A stretch of DNA of 64,000 nt from a virus. Positions 30,658-39,946 of this stretch are shown piece by piece. Positions within the stretch are counted from its first letter, which is position 1. Every line of letters begins with the position of its first letter. The notes below the pieces were generated by a model. The model did no database searches, was not told the origin of the DNA, and saw nothing but the letters and a program-made list of their open reading frames with translations. The translations under genes and the position numbers were made by a program. The stretch is taken from IMG/VR virus record IMGVR_UViG_3300017731_000001. One strand, given 5' to 3'.

Positions 30658-32331
30658 ATGGCCAAACTTTTTGGTTTTTCTATTGGGGACAAAGAAAAAA
30701 AATCTGCTTCCATAGTTTCCCCCGTTCCCGCTAATAACGAGGACGGGGTTGATAACTTTGTTGCAAGTAGCTTTTATGGTTCCTATGTAGATATTGAAGG
30801 TGCATACAGAAATGAGTCGGAACTAATAAAAAGATATCGTGAAATGGCACTTCATCCAGAAGCGGATGGTGCCATTGAAGACGTTATCAGTGAAGCAATT
30901 GTAAGTGATTTGTATGACTCACCGATTGAAATTGAACTCAGTAATCTAAATGCTAGTGATAAATTAAAAAAAGTAATTAGAGAAGAATTTAAGACAATTA
31001 AAGAAATAATGGACTTTGATTCAAAGTCTCATGAAATTTTTAGGAATTGGTATGTTGATGGAAGACTTTATTACTTAAAAGTAATTGATGTCAAAAAACC
31101 AGAAGAAGGAATCAAAGATTTGAGATATATTGATCCAATGAAGATGAAGTTTGTTCGTCAGGAGAAAAAACCTGATAAGAACACTGCCATAACTTTAAGA
31201 TCAAATAGAGATGAAGATGCATCAAATGCATTGTCTCCAGAAATTGAAGAATATTTTGTCTATACACCAAAACCAAGTTATCCATCAAATTCTCTATCTG
31301 GAGGAGGTGGTGGTAAAGGAGTTAAGATAGCAAAAGATTCTGTCACTTATGTTACGTCAGGACTTGTAGATCGTAATAAAGGAACGGTTCTTTCTTATCT
31401 TCACAAAGCAATCAAAGCACTCAATCAACTAAGAATGATTGAAGATTCTTTGGTCATCTATAGATTATCAAGAGCACCAGAGCGTCGTATTTTCTATATC
31501 GATGTTGGCAATCTTCCCAAAGTAAAAGCAGAGCAATACCTTAAAGAGGTCATGTCTCGTTATAGAAATAAACTCGTCTATGATGCGAATACTGGAGAAA
31601 TCCGTGATGATCGCAAATTTATGAGTATGATGGAAGACTTCTGGCTTCCTAGAAGAGAAGGTGGTCGTGGAACTGAGATTACAACTCTTCCTGGTGGACA
31701 AAACTTGGGAGAACTTGCTGATATTGAGTATTTCCAAAAGAAACTTTATAGAGCACTTGGAGTTCCAGAATCAAGAATTGCTGCCGATGGTGGATTTAAT
31801 CTTGGTCGTTCTTCAGAAATTCTTCGTGATGAACTTAAGTTTTCTAAGTTTGTTGGAAGACTAAGAAAGCGTTTTGCAAACATGTTTAATGACATGTTGA
31901 GAACTCAATTAATTCTAAAAAATATTTGTACTCCAGAAGATTGGAATCAAATTAGTGATCATATTCAATATGATTTCCTTTATGATAATCAATTTGCAGA
32001 ATTAAAAGAAACTGAAATGATGAATGAGCGTTTAGGAACGCTTGCAACAATTGAACCTTACATCGGCAAATTCTACTCAAATGAGTATGTTCGTAAGAAG
32101 GTTCTTCGTCAAACTGATGCTGAAATTATTGAAATTGATGAGCAAATTCAAAAAGAAATTGAAGATGGAATTATTCCAGACCCCAATGCTATTGATCCTA
32201 TAACAGGAGAACCATTACCTGCAGAAGGTGGGGATATTGGAGCAATGGGTGATGTCCCAATGGAACCAGAAATTGATGGTGGTATCACTGATGCAGAGAT
32301 GCAAAAAGATACTAAAAAAGCAGAGATATAA
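30658..32331 (+). CDS. gp20: Portal protein gp20
   Basis: RAPERRIFYIDVGNLP and EDFWLPRREGGRGTEITTLPGGQNLG motifs. Confidence 0.98.
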   Translation: MAKLFGFSIGDKEKKSASIVSPVPANNEDGVDNFVASSFYGSYVDIEGAYRNESELIKRYREMALHPEADGAIEDVISEAIVSDLYDSPIEIELSNLNASDKLKKVIREEFKTIKEIMDFDSKSHEIFRNWYVDGRLYYLKVIDVKKPEEGIKDLRYIDPMKMKFVRQEKKPDKNTAITLRSNRDEDASNALSPEIEEYFVYTPKPSYPSNSLSGGGGGKGVKIAKDSVTYVTSGLVDRNKGTVLSYLHKAIKALNQLRMIEDSLVIYRLSRAPERRIFYIDVGNLPKVKAEQYLKEVMSRYRNKLVYDANTGEIRDDRKFMSMMEDFWLPRREGGRGTEITTLPGGQNLGELADIEYFQKKLYRALGVPESRIAADGGFNLGRSSEILRDELKFSKFVGRLRKRFANMFNDMLRTQLILKNICTPEDWNQISDHIQYDFLYDNQFAELKETEMMNERLGTLATIEPYIGKFYSNEYVRKKVLRQTDAEIIEIDEQIQKEIEDGIIPDPNAIDPITGEPLPAEGGDIGAMGDVPMEPEIDGGITDAEMQKDTKKAEI

Positions 32332-32334
32332 ATA
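32327..32334 (+). promoter_or_regulatory. Late promoter TATAAATA
   Basis: Exact consensus overlapping the gp20 stop. Confidence 0.8.
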
Positions 32335-32360
32335 ACTGAATAGGACTTATATTAATTTTT

Positions 32361-32543
32361 ATGGAAGAAATTGTAGATTTGATTGCTGTTGATTCGTCGG
32401 CAGCAGAAATCAGTGATAAAATTAAAGATCTTTTATACACAAAAGCAACTGAAAGGATTGATAATCTTAAACCAGAAGTTGCATCTTCTATGTTCGGTGA
32501 AGTAGAACCTGAGGACCAATCATCATCTGAGGATCAAGAATAA
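32361..32543 (+). CDS. Small acidic protein, probable prohead core protein (gp67-like position)
   Basis: 60 aa acidic ORF directly after the portal gene, behind a late promoter. Confidence 0.6.
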   Translation: MEEIVDLIAVDSSAAEISDKIKDLLYTKATERIDNLKPEVASSMFGEVEPEDQSSSEDQE

Positions 32544-33118
32544 TGGCACATAAACCGGTAGGAAGCGGAGTATCCTTTGCTGCTTCTGCAGCAACAGCGA
32601 CATCTGGTATCATGACTCATTTTACCGATACTGTTAGGATAACTGCTTTTGGTGGAGATGCACATGTTGTAACTGGAATTGATCCTACTTCATCCAAATT
32701 TGACTATTATATTCCAACAGGTACTTCGGCAACACTGAGTATTGGAAGACCAAAATCGCAAAAAGTTGTTGGTGTCACAACTGGTGCTACTACAACTATT
32801 GATTTCCCTGCAGGAAGTGGAAGTCCATTCGAAGTTGGAGATAAAGTTCAACTGACTGGAATTGTTCCTGCCGGTGCTAATGGTGGTACTTCTGGAATAG
32901 GACTTACAGTTCTTTCAGTTCTCGATGGATCTTTTAGTAGAAATTCTAACGGAGATCCTGGATATTTTAGCACTAGACTTACTCTTGCTCACAACACTGC
33001 TAGTGTAGGACCAATCACTGATGGTGAGGGTGAACTGAGAGATGTTTTCCAAGTAGCAGCAGTTGGAACTGCTTCGGGTGTATATGTCCAACAAGTTCAA
33101 ATTACCGGAGTAGCCTGA
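32543..33118 (+). CDS. Hypothetical virion-associated protein (Gly/Thr-rich)
   Basis: TAATG/TGATG coupling on both sides; in the head operon. Confidence 0.65.
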   Translation: MAHKPVGSGVSFAASAATATSGIMTHFTDTVRITAFGGDAHVVTGIDPTSSKFDYYIPTGTSATLSIGRPKSQKVVGVTTGATTTIDFPAGSGSPFEVGDKVQLTGIVPAGANGGTSGIGLTVLSVLDGSFSRNSNGDPGYFSTRLTLAHNTASVGPITDGEGELRDVFQVAAVGTASGVYVQQVQITGVA

Positions 33119-33768
33119 TGAAACTAATCACGGAAGAAATTTCTAGCGTCAAATTTGTCACCGAAGGCAAAGGTTCTAGTAAAAAGATGTATATTGAGGG
33201 CACTTTCCTTCAGGGCGAAATTAAAAATCGCAATGGAAGAATGTATCCTGTTTCAACTCTTGCAAAAGAAGTTGGAAGATATAACGAATCATTCGTCAAT
33301 AAAGGACGTGCTCTTGGAGAACTTGGACACCCCGATGGTCCTACTGTCAATTTAGATCGTGTTTCTCATAAGATTGTTTCTCTTCGTCAGGAAGGGAATA
33401 ATTTTGTAGGTAAAGCACAACTGCTTGATACTCCGATGGGTAAGATTGCAAAATCACTTCTTGATGAAGGTGTGATGCTTGGAGTCTCTTCTCGTGGTAT
33501 TGGTTCCATTAAAGAAGATACTAATGGTGTCAAAGTTGTAGGTGAAGATTTCATGTTAGCAACTGCTGCTGATATCGTTGCCGATCCTTCTGCACCTGAT
33601 GCTTTTGTATCAGGAATTATGGAAGGAAAAGAGTGGATTTGGGAAGGAGGAATCCTTCGCGAACAACTTGCAGAAAGAACACAACAAAGAATTAATACTC
33701 TTGTCTCTCAAAAAAGACTTGAGGAACATAAGCTGGAGTTATTTAATAATTTCCTCTCAAATCTTTAA
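33118..33768 (+). CDS. gp21: Prohead protease gp21
   Basis: NRNGRMYP, ALGELGHP, GVSSRG and DIVADPSAPDA motifs. Confidence 0.96.
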   Translation: MKLITEEISSVKFVTEGKGSSKKMYIEGTFLQGEIKNRNGRMYPVSTLAKEVGRYNESFVNKGRALGELGHPDGPTVNLDRVSHKIVSLRQEGNNFVGKAQLLDTPMGKIAKSLLDEGVMLGVSSRGIGSIKEDTNGVKVVGEDFMLATAADIVADPSAPDAFVSGIMEGKEWIWEGGILREQLAERTQQRINTLVSQKRLEEHKLELFNNFLSNL

Positions 33769-33770
33769 AT

Positions 33771-33778
33771 TATAAATA
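33771..33778 (+). promoter_or_regulatory. Late promoter TATAAATA for gp22-gp23
   Basis: Exact consensus just after the gp21 stop. Confidence 0.85.
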
Positions 33779-33797
33779 AATATAGATTAATACAATC

Positions 33798-34949
33798 ATG
33801 TCTAATCAAATGTCCGTTGGTAGCAATTTACAAGAAATGGAAAACGTAGTAACTAAAAACGCTGCGCCTGGAGAACCAATGCAGAAGTTAACCACAGGTG
33901 GTACTCCTGCTACGTATGAGGATCTAGGTGGGCCGACCCCAGAAAACTCTAGACCCGATGACGATTCTAACAAACTCGCCACTCCTGGTGCATCTCTTAA
34001 ACAAGTTAGAGATGTTGTAAACAAAGGTGCCAAACCTGCGGAAACTGCAAAAGGCATGAAGGAAGAGGAAACTGAAGTAGAAGTAGAAGAGGATCAAGAA
34101 ATTGTATCCGAAGAGGAAACAACCGAAGAAGAAGTAGTCTCTGAAGAAGAGACCACTGAAGAAGAAGTTGTTGCCGAAACTACTGAAGATTCAGAAGAAG
34201 CAATTGTCGAGGAAGAAGTAATTGATGTTGAAGAAGACATCAATGCTCTTATTTCTGGAGAAGAACTTTCCGAAGAATTCCAAGAAAAGGCACGCACCAT
34301 CTTTGAAGCAGCAATTAGAACTAAGATTGCAGAAATCAAAGAAGAGATGAAGTCTGAGTATGAGAATTCTCTTGTAGAGGAAGTTGCTGCTGTTAAGGCA
34401 GAACTCTCCGAGCGTACCGACGCTTATCTTGAGTATGTTGCTGATGAGTGGATTTCTGAAAATCAACTCGCAGTTGAGCACGGTCTTAAGACCGAAATGA
34501 CCGAATCATTCCTCACTGGAATGAGAGGACTTTTTGAAGATCATTATGTAACTATCCCTGAAGAAAAATATGATGTAATTCATAGTATGGTAGAAAAACT
34601 TGATGAAATGGAAGATAAACTCAATGAGCAAATCAATAAGAACGTTGCTCTAAACAAAAGATTATCAGAATCGGTTGCCGATGTAATCCTTGCGGATGTA
34701 TCAGAGGGTCTTGCTCTCTCCCAAAAGGAAAAACTCGCTTCTCTTGCTGAAAATGTTGAGTTTGAAAGTGAATCTAACTATCGTGAAAAACTGGCAACGC
34801 TGAGAGATTCTTATTTCTCTGCTAATCCCAGCGCACAGAGAAACCATTCAGAAAATATTTCTGAAGGTGCAGAAGGAGGACATCAACCAGAAGTGTCTGG
34901 ATTGATGGAATCATATCTTCAGACTCTGAATAGAGTTTCGAAAAAGTGA
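33798..34949 (+). CDS. gp22: Prohead core scaffold protein gp22
   Basis: Glu-rich; ELSEEF--KA-TIFEAA and YLEYVADEW motifs. The start could instead be 33810. Confidence 0.93.
   Translation: MSNQMSVGSNLQEMENVVTKNAAPGEPMQKLTTGGTPATYEDLGGPTPENSRPDDDSNKLATPGASLKQVRDVVNKGAKPAETAKGMKEEETEVEVEEDQEIVSEEETTEEEVVSEEETTEEEVVAETTEDSEEAIVEEEVIDVEEDINALISGEELSEEFQEKARTIFEAAIRTKIAEIKEEMKSEYENSLVEEVAAVKAELSERTDAYLEYVADEWISENQLAVEHGLKTEMTESFLTGMRGLFEDHYVTIPEEKYDVIHSMVEKLDEMEDKLNEQINKNVALNKRLSESVADVILADVSEGLALSQKEKLASLAENVEFESESNYREKLATLRDSYFSANPSAQRNHSENISEGAEGGHQPEVSGLMESYLQTLNRVSKK
34104..34187 (+). repeat. 33 bp tandem repeat (VSEEETTEEEV x2 plus a partial copy) in gp22
   Basis: Direct inspection of the sequence and translation. 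Confidence 0.8.
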
Positions 34950-35004
34950 TTTTTTAAATTATTAACAACAAACAAAACAAAAAAATTTAAGAGGCAAAAT
35001 TCAA

Positions 35005-36378
35005 ATGCAAATGTTCAACGCCGAACAACTGCAGGAGAAGTGGGCACCAATCCTTAATCATGACGGTCTCGGAGAAATCCAAGATCCTCATAAGAGAATG
35101 GTTACCTCAGTTCTTCTGGAGAACCAAGAAAAAATGCTTAGAGAGGAATCTGAATTCCTCGGAGAAGCAGCTCCTACTAACTCCACTACCGGTGGTACTG
35201 GAGCAATCAGTAATTTCGACCCCGTTCTGATCTCTCTGATCAGACGCTCTATGCCTAACCTGGTCGCTTATGACCTGGCTGGCGTTCAACCGATGAACGG
35301 TCCTACTGGACTGATCTTCGCAATGCGCTCTCGCTATGCCGGACAAGGCGGCGAAGAAGCATTCTACAACGAAGCAGATTCTGCATTCTCTGGTCAGAAT
35401 AACAACTTCGACCTGACCGGTGGAATGACTCAGGCTGCTGTTGGTTTGGGTACTACCAACCAGCAAGGAACCAACCCTGGCGCTCTTGATGGCACTTTCC
35501 CTGCTACTGCTGATGCCACTACCTACAACTTAGGTAACGGCATGACCACCCAGAATGCTGAAGCATTGGGTGATGGCACGAATAATGAGTTCAACGAGAT
35601 GGCTTTCTCGATTGAGAAAGTTACCGTTACTGCCAAGTCACGCGCTCTGAAAGCTGAGTATTCACTCGAACTCGCTCAGGACTTGAAAGCAATTCATGGT
35701 CTGAATGCTGAAGCGGAACTCGCAAATATTCTCTCCACAGAGATTCTTGCTGAGATCAACCGCGAAGTCATCAGAACCATCTATAACGTTGCTGTTCCTG
35801 GTGCTCAGGCTAATGTTGCAACCGGTGGTACTTTCGACCTTGACATCGACTCTAACGGACGTTGGTCTGTTGAGAAGTTCAAGGGTCTCATCTTCCAGAT
35901 GGAAAGAGATGCTAACGCTATCGCGCAGCAAACTCGTAGAGGAAAGGGTAATATGATCCTCTGCTCTGCTGACGTTGCTTCGGCACTCACCATGGCAGGT
36001 GTTCTTGATTACACCCCTGCACTCAACGCTAATCTTAACGTTGACGACTCCGGTAACACCTTCGCTGGTGTTCTTCAAGGTAAGTATCGCGTCTACATCG
36101 ATCCTTATGCTGCTAACGTTGCTGCTAACCAGTACTACGTTGTTGGATATAAAGGTTCTTCACCTTATGACGCAGGTCTGTTCTACTGCCCTTACGTTCC
36201 TCTTCAGATGGTTCGTGCAGTTGGAGAGAACACCTTCCAGCCCAAAATCGGATTTAAGACTCGCTACGGCATGGTCGCAAACCCATTCGCCCGTGGCGCT
36301 TCAATGGATAACCCTGGTGTTATCGCTCGTAACTCTAACCGCTACTATCGTCGCGTTAAGGTTCTCAACCTTATGTGA
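35005..36378 (+). CDS. gp23: Major capsid protein gp23
   Basis: GVQPMNGPTGLIFAMR, KSRALKAEYS-ELAQDLKAIHGL and FQPKIGFKTRYG motifs; strong codon bias. Confidence 0.98.
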   Translation: MQMFNAEQLQEKWAPILNHDGLGEIQDPHKRMVTSVLLENQEKMLREESEFLGEAAPTNSTTGGTGAISNFDPVLISLIRRSMPNLVAYDLAGVQPMNGPTGLIFAMRSRYAGQGGEEAFYNEADSAFSGQNNNFDLTGGMTQAAVGLGTTNQQGTNPGALDGTFPATADATTYNLGNGMTTQNAEALGDGTNNEFNEMAFSIEKVTVTAKSRALKAEYSLELAQDLKAIHGLNAEAELANILSTEILAEINREVIRTIYNVAVPGAQANVATGGTFDLDIDSNGRWSVEKFKGLIFQMERDANAIAQQTRRGKGNMILCSADVASALTMAGVLDYTPALNANLNVDDSGNTFAGVLQGKYRVYIDPYAANVAANQYYVVGYKGSSPYDAGLFYCPYVPLQMVRAVGENTFQPKIGFKTRYGMVANPFARGASMDNPGVIARNSNRYYRRVKVLNLM

Positions 36379-36402
36379 TCCATCGGATACACAAAGTTCA
36401 TC

Positions 36403-36428
36403 AGACCTCCGCAAGGGGGTCTTTTTTT
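36403..36428 (+). terminator. Rho-independent terminator after gp23
   Basis: AGACCTCC-GCAA-GGGGGTCT stem with a GNRA loop, followed by a T-tract. Confidence 0.92.
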
Positions 36429-36430
36429 GT

Positions 36431-36437
36431 CTAAATA
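36431..36437 (+). promoter_or_regulatory. Late promoter CTAAATA
   Basis: Immediately after the gp23 terminator, 20 nt before ATG 36458. Confidence 0.7.
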
Positions 36438-36457
36438 CAGATAAAAGCATTCTTGAA

Positions 36458-36613
36458 ATGAAACCGACACCTAGAGAGCATAAAGAAGCACTAAACCGTC
36501 ATGCTACACTTGTGAAGCATTTGATTGATGAAGGTTATGCTCAAGATGAAGAGTCTGCAAATAATATCATAATAGGTATGAGTGAACAGTGGTATTCTTT
36601 GATTATTGACTGA
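36458..36613 (+). CDS. Small hypothetical late protein (51 aa, MKPTPREHK...LIDEGYA...MSEQW)
   Basis: ATG after a late promoter; 3' end of the 35975..36613 ORF; TGATG coupling to the next gene. Confidence 0.7.
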   Translation: MKPTPREHKEALNRHATLVKHLIDEGYAQDEESANNIIIGMSEQWYSLIID

Positions 36614-36888
36614 TGAAAGACTTTAATAAGTTTATTGAGGAGGCAGCATCAAAGAGATGTCCCTTAGGTCAATACTATTGCTATACAGATAAAAAATGTA
36701 AGCAAATTCCCAAAGGATATAAGATGGTGGGTCCTGCTGGATATCTCCGTAAAGAAAACGGACATTCGGTAGATGATAGTGGTGATAGTGAAAGTAATAA
36801 AAATGGCAATGGTGGAAATGGAAATGGTGGCAATGGTAATGGTGGAGGCAACGGTGGCGGAAATGGTGGCGGTGGTAATGGAGGATAA
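36613..36888 (+). CDS. Small Cys-containing protein with Gly/Asn tail; candidate internal head protein
   Basis: MKDFNKFIEE N-terminus, CPxGxYYCxxxxxC motif and (NG)nGG tail. Confidence 0.65.
   Translation: MKDFNKFIEEAASKRCPLGQYYCYTDKKCKQIPKGYKMVGPAGYLRKENGHSVDDSGDSESNKNGNGGNGNGGNGNGGGNGGGNGGGGNGG
36802..36885 (+). repeat. Low-complexity AATGGN/GGN repeat encoding NGNGG
   Basis: Seen directly in the sequence. Confidence 0.85.
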
Positions 36889-36890
36889 TA

Positions 36891-37442
36891 ATGGCCAGAG
36901 CATTTGACAATCAAATACAAAACAGGAACTTTTTAGCACCTGTTGGATTTAAATTTACCTTGGCAAAAGAACCTAAGATTTCTTTTTTCTGTAACTCAGC
37001 AAGAATACCTGAAATAACACTAGGAAATTCTGTTCAACCGACATATCTCAAGGACATTGACATCCCTGGAGAGAAATTAACTTATGGTGATTTTTCTTTA
37101 AGATTTTTAGTTGATGAAAATCTTGAAAATTATATGAAGATGCACAACTGGTTAACTGGACTTGGATTTCCAGAAACCCCCCAACAGTTTAAAACTTTAA
37201 CAACTGATGAAATTTCGGGTGAAGGAGCACTCGATCAACAGTTTAGCGATGCAAGTCTTCATATTTTGAATAGTAATTATAGAGATGTTGCTATTGTAAA
37301 ATTTAGAGATTTGTTTCCGGTTTCTCTTTCGTCCTTGGAATTTGATGCATCAGAAGCAGATATTCAATATTTTACGGCAGATGTCACATTTAAATATACA
37401 ATATATGATATACTAGGAGCAGACGGAAGAACACCTTTATAA
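36891..37442 (+). CDS. gp3: Tail tube terminator/completion protein gp3
   Basis: NFLAPVGFKF, PGEKLTY, F-VDENLENY and FPVSLS-LEFD motifs. Confidence 0.9.
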   Translation: MARAFDNQIQNRNFLAPVGFKFTLAKEPKISFFCNSARIPEITLGNSVQPTYLKDIDIPGEKLTYGDFSLRFLVDENLENYMKMHNWLTGLGFPETPQQFKTLTTDEISGEGALDQQFSDASLHILNSNYRDVAIVKFRDLFPVSLSSLEFDASEADIQYFTADVTFKYTIYDILGADGRTPL

Positions 37443-37459
37443 CCATTTGATTTTTTATT

Positions 37460-37891
37460 ATGGACCTTGATAAAATTCAATTAATGTGGGAAAATGATTC
37501 AGTCATTGATCCAGACAATCTTCATGACGAAAGTTTAAAGATTCCTCAATTACATTGTAAATATTATACCATCTACAATACAATTACTCTGTTGAGAGAA
37601 AGAGCAAGAGACTCTTATAACAAAGTAAAGTTAGAAAGATACAATTACTATACCGGGAAAGCACCAGCAGAGGTATATGCCGAAGAACCATTTCCTTATA
37701 AAGTAAGAGAGAAAGATGCCATCCAAAGATATATTGAAGCAGATGAAAAATTAACTAAGTTTGACCTTAAGATTAGATATTATGATACAACACTTAAGTT
37801 TTTAGAAGAAATTATTAAAACAGTTTCTAATAGAACCTTTCAAATTAAAAACGCAATTGAATGGCATAAGTTTCAATCCGGATTCAATTAA
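37460..37891 (+). CDS. uvsY: Recombination mediator UvsY
   Basis: DSVID-DNL, KIPQLHCKY and RTFQIKNAIEW motifs. Confidence 0.92.
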   Translation: MDLDKIQLMWENDSVIDPDNLHDESLKIPQLHCKYYTIYNTITLLRERARDSYNKVKLERYNYYTGKAPAEVYAEEPFPYKVREKDAIQRYIEADEKLTKFDLKIRYYDTTLKFLEEIIKTVSNRTFQIKNAIEWHKFQSGFN

Positions 37892-37895
37892 GGTC

Positions 37896-37903
37896 TATAA
37901 ATA
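37896..37903 (+). promoter_or_regulatory. Late promoter TATAAATA upstream of uvsW
   Basis: Exact consensus. Confidence 0.8.
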
Positions 37904-37924
37904 TTTTTATATTGATCTAGATGA

Positions 37925-39391
37925 ATGTCACATTTGATTATATCAAAGAAGAATGAAGTATATCTTCATGTCGATTCTGAGGTCCATATTCATTATGAAT
38001 TAGCAGATCAATTTACATTTGAAGTACCTGGTGCTCAATTTTCTCCATCTTATAAGAAGAAATATTGGGATGGAAAAATTCGTTTATTTAATATTCAAAC
38101 TAAGGAAATATATATTGGTCTTCTAGATCGCATCGTTCAATTTTGTAAGGATCACGGATACACTTACGAATTTAAAGATAATAAGTATTACGGATTGCCA
38201 TTTGAAATTAATGATGGCATATCCAAAGAAGGTGTTAAAGATTACGTAACTGCAATATCAAAATACAAACCTAGAGATTACCAGATAGAAGGTGTATACG
38301 ACGCCTTAAGACATAATCGTAAGTTGCTAATATCTCCAACTGCTTCTGGAAAGTCTTTGATGATATATTCTCTCGTGAGATACTATGTTGAGAAGCGACA
38401 AAATATCTTGATAGTTGTTCCGACGACTTCGCTAGTAGAGCAGATGTATAAAGATTTTGAAGATTATGGGTGGAATGTGGGTTCATATTGCCACAAAATC
38501 TATGCCGGAAAGGAAAGAGAAACTGATTCTCAAGTGATTATAACAACTTGGCAGTCTATCTATAAATTGCCAAGACAGTATTTCTCTAGATTTAATGTGG
38601 TTATTGGAGATGAAGCACATCAATTCAAAAGTAAATCATTAATATCCATAATGACAAAACTTGCTGATGCCAAATATAGATTTGGATTTACAGGAACTCT
38701 TGATGGATCTCAAACTCATAAGTGGGTGTTAGAAGGATTGTTTGGTCCTTCATATAAAATTATTAAAACTGACGAATTAATGAGTAAGGGGCATTTGGCT
38801 AAACTGGATATTAATGTAATTCTACTGAAGCACTTACCGAATAAATTTGAAACTTATGAGGATGAAGTCCAGTATATCATAGGTCATGAACGAAGGAATA
38901 GGTTCATTAAAAATCTAGCACTTGATCTAAAAGGAAATACTTTAATACTTTTTGCAAGAGTCGAAGGTCATGGTCAACCGCTATATGAATTAATAAATAA
39001 TAGTAACTTGATTGAAAATCGTCATGTGTTTTTTGTTCATGGTGGTGTTGCCACTGAGGACAGAGAAAAAGTGAGAGAGATTACCGAAAAAGAAACTGGT
39101 GCAATTATTGTAGCATCTTATGGAACTTTCTCCACAGGAATTAATATTAAAAACCTTCATAACGTCATTTTTGCTTCTCCATCTAAGTCAAGAATTAGAA
39201 ATTTACAGTCAATAGGAAGAGTCCTCAGAAAGGGCGATAAAAAAACAAAAGCAACTTTATATGATATTGCCGATGATATCAGTTACAAGTCCAGAAAAAA
39301 TTATACATTAAATCACTTGATTGAAAGAATTAAAATTTATAACGAAGAAAATTTTAATTATGATATTGTAAACATACCGCTTAAAAACTAA
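37925..39391 (+). CDS. uvsW: SF2 helicase UvsW
   Basis: WDGKIRLF, SPTASGKS, DEAH and LQSIGRVLR motifs. Confidence 0.96.
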   Translation: MSHLIISKKNEVYLHVDSEVHIHYELADQFTFEVPGAQFSPSYKKKYWDGKIRLFNIQTKEIYIGLLDRIVQFCKDHGYTYEFKDNKYYGLPFEINDGISKEGVKDYVTAISKYKPRDYQIEGVYDALRHNRKLLISPTASGKSLMIYSLVRYYVEKRQNILIVVPTTSLVEQMYKDFEDYGWNVGSYCHKIYAGKERETDSQVIITTWQSIYKLPRQYFSRFNVVIGDEAHQFKSKSLISIMTKLADAKYRFGFTGTLDGSQTHKWVLEGLFGPSYKIIKTDELMSKGHLAKLDINVILLKHLPNKFETYEDEVQYIIGHERRNRFIKNLALDLKGNTLILFARVEGHGQPLYELINNSNLIENRHVFFVHGGVATEDREKVREITEKETGAIIVASYGTFSTGINIKNLHNVIFASPSKSRIRNLQSIGRVLRKGDKKTKATLYDIADDISYKSRKNYTLNHLIERIKIYNEENFNYDIVNIPLKN

Positions 39392-39819
39392 TGGGTGAAG
39401 AATTCTATTCAATAATAAAACTAGTATCAGGAGAAGAAATATTTTCTCTCATCTCAATTGAAGATGAAGAGGACCCAACAATCATTCTTCAAAATCCTGT
39501 AATTATGAAGTTAATTCATCATAAATCAGGAATGCATGTCAAGATAAAACAATGGATTGATTTATCTGATGAAGATATTTTTATAATTAAATCTGATAAA
39601 ATCATTACAATGACAGAAAGTAATGATCAGAAACTAATTGGAATTTATAATGACTTTGTTGAAGAGTCTGATGATGAAAATATTGATCTTGGGAATCCGG
39701 ATAGTTTCTACACTAGACCATCTACTAAAATGGGATACATATCTTCTGTTGAAAAGGCAAGAAAGGAGTTAGAAGATATATTCAATAAAGAAATTCAAGA
39801 AAATCAATCTCCTGAATAA
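39391..39819 (+). CDS. Conserved hypothetical protein, Sm-like N-terminal motif
   Basis: IKLVSGEEIFS...NPV motif; the usual position between uvsW and gp55. Confidence 0.7.
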   Translation: MGEEFYSIIKLVSGEEIFSLISIEDEEDPTIILQNPVIMKLIHHKSGMHVKIKQWIDLSDEDIFIIKSDKIITMTESNDQKLIGIYNDFVEESDDENIDLGNPDSFYTRPSTKMGYISSVEKARKELEDIFNKEIQENQSPE

Positions 39820-39856
39820 TAGCTAGCTAGAACTTATCTTTAACGGGGACAAACCT

Positions 39857-39885
39857 AGTCTACATGTGATTACCAATCTTGTCAA
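39857..39885 (-). promoter_or_regulatory. Divergent (antisense) sigma70-like promoter
   Basis: On the minus strand, TTGACA (39885-39880), 17 nt, TAGACT (39862-39857). Confidence 0.55.
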
Positions 39886-39906
39886 GCTTTAAAAGTATGC
39901 TATAAT
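39879..39906 (+). promoter_or_regulatory. Sigma70-like promoter for gp55
   Basis: TTGTCA-16 nt-TATAAT with an extended -10 TG. Confidence 0.75.
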
Positions 39907-39946
39907 AATATTAATAATATTAATAAAGGCGAGGAAACTCAATGCT

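Noticed and set aside
35975-36457. 212 aa +1-frame ORF overlapping the gp23 3' end (possible frameshift-extended capsid)
   Set aside because: The open +1 frame follows from gp23 codon bias, no slippery site was seen, and a strong terminator intervenes. Only 36458-36613 looks real.
36632-36939. Three minus-strand ORFs rich in His, Pro or Thr/Ile
   Set aside because: Antisense shadows of the Gly/Asn repeat.
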